Shown: piece by piece, positions 62,201-64,000 of the stretch | Layout: every line of letters begins with the position of its first letter | How positions within the stretch are numbered: position 1 is the stretch's first letter | Source: Nemertoderma westbladi | Lineage: Eukaryota > Animalia > Xenacoelomorpha | Assembly (NCBI GenBank): GCA_032718475.1 | Contig: JAUCBJ010001381.1 | Span: forward strand, 1-64,000 | Length of the DNA: 64,000 nt | Direction of reading: 5' to 3' | Translations under genes and position numbers: made by a program | Notes under the pieces: generated by a model | Told to the model about the DNA's origin: nothing | What the model saw: the letters and a program-made list of their open reading frames with translations, nothing else | The model's database searches: none

Positions 62201-64000
62201 ATTTGACGCGCAGCATGGATTGCAAATGGTTTTACTTCAGATTTCAATGTTATGGTCATTGGTGAACCAACAATGTTTCCCTTCATTGGACGTAGTTCGG
62301 TAGAATCATCGAAAACTTTATGGTATACAGTTTGTAATTTTTCTGTTATCATTTCAATGAGGTCTGGCGTTAGATGGTGAACATTTGGTATAGTTTTAAT
62401 CCATTCCTCTCGTTTCTGCCATACTGGTTTATGCTTATCATTGGAAGCTATTGTTTGAGTTGTATCAACTGTGTTGAAATCAGTGGAATCTTTTATACCA
62501 CTTATGTGATTTGTATATGATGGATTTGGGAATTCAGGTGGTATAATGTGCAGTGCTTGACATGTCTCAAGTGATAGATAAAATCCAACAACATCGTAAC
62601 ATACCACAACCAAGGTAGTTGTTTGTTTATTACCAGCGGTTATAGAAGCTTTAAATGTACCAATTTGTTCTAAGCTTTTTCCAGCAACCGATGATAAATT
62701 ATGCTTCAGTTTTGGTTCAAGAACCAATTTATTAACGATACCTGTATTGTTGAATGTTTCCAAACCCATTACAGTTCTCCCAGCTCCTGTATCAGCCAGT
62801 GCAGTAACAGTAATTGGTGATACTAGACCTTCTGGGATTATGTTTACGTTTAAATATGCATTATTTCTTTTTACTATTGTGTTAATTTCACTATTAATTA
62901 TATCTATATTGTCGTAATTATCGTAATTGTTAAAAATTGTTAATATGTTTAACTCACCATCATCGTTGTTAAATGTGGGGGAATCTTCATCCTGTTCATC
63001 AGATATGGATGAAAATTCATCGTTTGACTCTGAAATGCAAATTGCCCTTATTGATTTCGAAGGACAAACTGGGGCAAAATGTCCGATTCCACCACAACAA
63101 ATACATTTCGACCGCGATGCTGGACAAGGTTTCGATTTATCCCGATGATTATTTTGACCACAGTGGAAACAGCGTTGATAAGTATTTTTAGGATTGCTGT
63201 TTTTCTCGTGGATTTCCGTCTTCTGTGTGTTAAATAATCTCCCATTTGATTGGTTCGTTTTCCATTTACGTTTATTGTAATCAGTTTTTGTTGTGTTTAC
63301 ACTATTATCATTTGAATAATATGTGCCTTTGATCGCCCCGAGAGATAAGGTTGCAATTCGAGCGGTTTCTAGTCCTATGATAAATTTCCGTGATTCATTG
63401 AAACTCAAAGGAGGGTCCTTGGCAATGAGTTTTTCTTTATCTTCTTCTTCTGACATTGCAAGAATTAATAATGCTGTGTGTAAACGGTCCGTTGTAACAG
63501 TTTTTGTATTAGCATATTCTCCTAATTCTTCGATTTCATTGCAAAGTGACGTATATGTTTGTCTGTCTTTCTGCTTTATGGTTAACAGAGCACGCCAGTC
63601 AAGATTGGTATTTCGTAGAGATCGTAAATAATCTTTTATATCGTTTTGAATTTCGTCTACATTTAGATCTGTGTTTGCTGGAATTCCCAATGTTCTATTA
63701 ACAATCTTCAGGAAACCTGGGGAACAACAATCCCAGAATGCTGATAACTGAACATCGTGTGTGCGTTGACTGAGGGCCATTAGGTTTGAATAATTTATCC
63801 ATAAAGGTATCCATTCATTAAATTTCCTGAAATCAGTATCTGATTCGAGAATAGGGGGTCTGCGTGGTGAAAGTTTTGGATGTTCAGAATTATTGCGATT
63901 CAGACCTCTATTATCGTCTGCGTATTCTGCAGTTAAACCAATTGTTGCGGTCCTGGCAGCAATTGCGTTTTCTCGTGCCTGCTTGCATTTTATATGTGCT
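59225..64000 (-). mobile_element. Mag-like Gypsy retrotransposon, truncated by the window edge; probable 3' LTR ~59225-59521
   Basis: TG start right at the satellite edge. Purine tract on the minus strand at ~59522-59542. Long gag-pol ORF. Confidence 0.85.
59563..63999 (-). CDS. Mag-like gag-pol polyprotein (5'-partial)
   Basis: The frame stays open from 63780 to the window end. CFHC/CICC knuckles, ADTGA, VIDD RT motif, TDAS, HASHQG..C..C, TDQGPQY, NGHAE. Confidence 0.92.
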   Translation of the reverse strand, partial: AHIKCKQARENAIAARTATIGLTAEYADDNRGLNRNNSEHPKLSPRRPPILESDTDFRKFNEWIPLWINYSNLMALSQRTHDVQLSAFWDCCSPGFLKIVNRTLGIPANTDLNVDEIQNDIKDYLRSLRNTNLDWRALLTIKQKDRQTYTSLCNEIEELGEYANTKTVTTDRLHTALLILAMSEEEDKEKLIAKDPPLSFNESRKFIIGLETARIATLSLGAIKGTYYSNDNSVNTTKTDYNKRKWKTNQSNGRLFNTQKTEIHEKNSNPKNTYQRCFHCGQNNHRDKSKPCPASRSKCICCGGIGHFAPVCPSKSIRAICISESNDEFSSISDEQDEDSPTFNNDDGELNILTIFNNYDNYDNIDIINSEINTIVKRNNAYLNVNIIPEGLVSPITVTALADTGAGRTVMGLETFNNTGIVNKLVLEPKLKHNLSSVAGKSLEQIGTFKASITAGNKQTTTLVVVCYDVVGFYLSLETCQALHIIPPEFPNPSYTNHISGIKDSTDFNTVDTTQTIASNDKHKPVWQKREEWIKTIPNVHHLTPDLIEMITEKLQTVYHKVFDDSTELRPMKGNIVGSPMTITLKSEVKPFAIHAARQIPYAMRDKAKKALEYMVEREIIEPVGDIPTSWCHPIVVTPKQNGEVRICADLTKLNTQVERTAYHTKTPAEAISGFSLNDRFFSKIDLVKGYWQMPLDSAAQDLTVFITPFGKYKYLRSPMGFVSTGDSYSFRGDHAMAGINVQKVIDDIGIGTSTLPDLIRTVCNVLERCAYHNLTVNKSKSIMCAEQINFVGYHISYGEISIDQRKTSAISDFPVPTTRSDLRSFLGLVNQLGSFSKEISSATTPLRQLLSTKNNFTWMEEHSIAFKKTKQILLSPPILGMFDPTAETILKTDASRLNGLGFALLQKQAGVQKLIQCGSRFLKDVETRYAVIELEALAITWAIKKCHVYLAGIPQFTVITDHKPLVQIFNNYGLIEIDNTRILNYRSRLSDYSFSVVWEHGKQHSIPDALSRAPVLEPDIDDDLIEMENSALHAIDTNIAAFEIPDLIVDDLRKCADRDINYQELITAISNNFQNTNNNGYIQKFKSIRNDLSIENGIVLKGHQIVIPPTSVNDILRKLHASHQGIDRTKRRARQSVYWPGYSTDITNTVNKCLECQKYRSSLPHEPLLQAHIPKRAFVSVSSDFYQLSTQYYIIYADRYSGYLLVEKFPSAPSATDTIKVLRRLFAMLGIPNTLTTDQGPQYAAETMSKFLQTWGVKWTPSSPKHPQGNGHAEANVKKAKYLLAKTGGNIESHEFQSGMLELYNTPNSDGLSPAQRVFGHPTRTLIPTHWRAYSPEWQRSADLSDHRRLDTAEKQKYYYNRSAFALTPISTNTTVLVQNTSTNKWDRIAKVIETANDRRYRLRFPSGRNLWRNRRFIRPVQAELINHSDNMAQSNYNSSDNSMDNTIDLDSPSVRRSARDKCQPNRLDYSQLGGNI

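Overview
AT-rich eukaryotic (probably invertebrate animal) repeat-dense DNA built from nested transposons and satellites, with no rRNA, tRNA or CRISPR. It holds two intronless orphan-like ORFs: a secreted, 10-Cys, probably GPI-anchored protein at about 2.0-2.8 kb, and a ~920-aa protein with 24/25-aa tandem repeats at about 32.9-35.7 kb. Mobile elements are a tandem LTR-int-LTR-int-LTR BEL/Pao array (37.5-56.3 kb) with a nested Gypsy element whose pol is followed by a PHD finger, a Mag-like Gypsy element running off the right edge, RTE- and CRE-type LINE pieces, Sola-like and Tc1-like non-autonomous DNA elements, and several satellite families. The most unusual feature is a young 14.7-kb LTR element (10139-24816; ~99% identical 1.18-kb LTRs; 5-bp TSD). 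Its BEL-type gag-protease continues into a 1344-aa region with a WRN/RNase D-like DEDDy 3'-5' exonuclease and three zinc knuckles instead of RT-RNaseH-integrase. It has no recognisable tRNA PBS. A diverged relative of its LTR at 51339-52535 shows compensatory changes that point to a conserved RNA structure. All family assignments come from motif recognition by eye, not from database searches.
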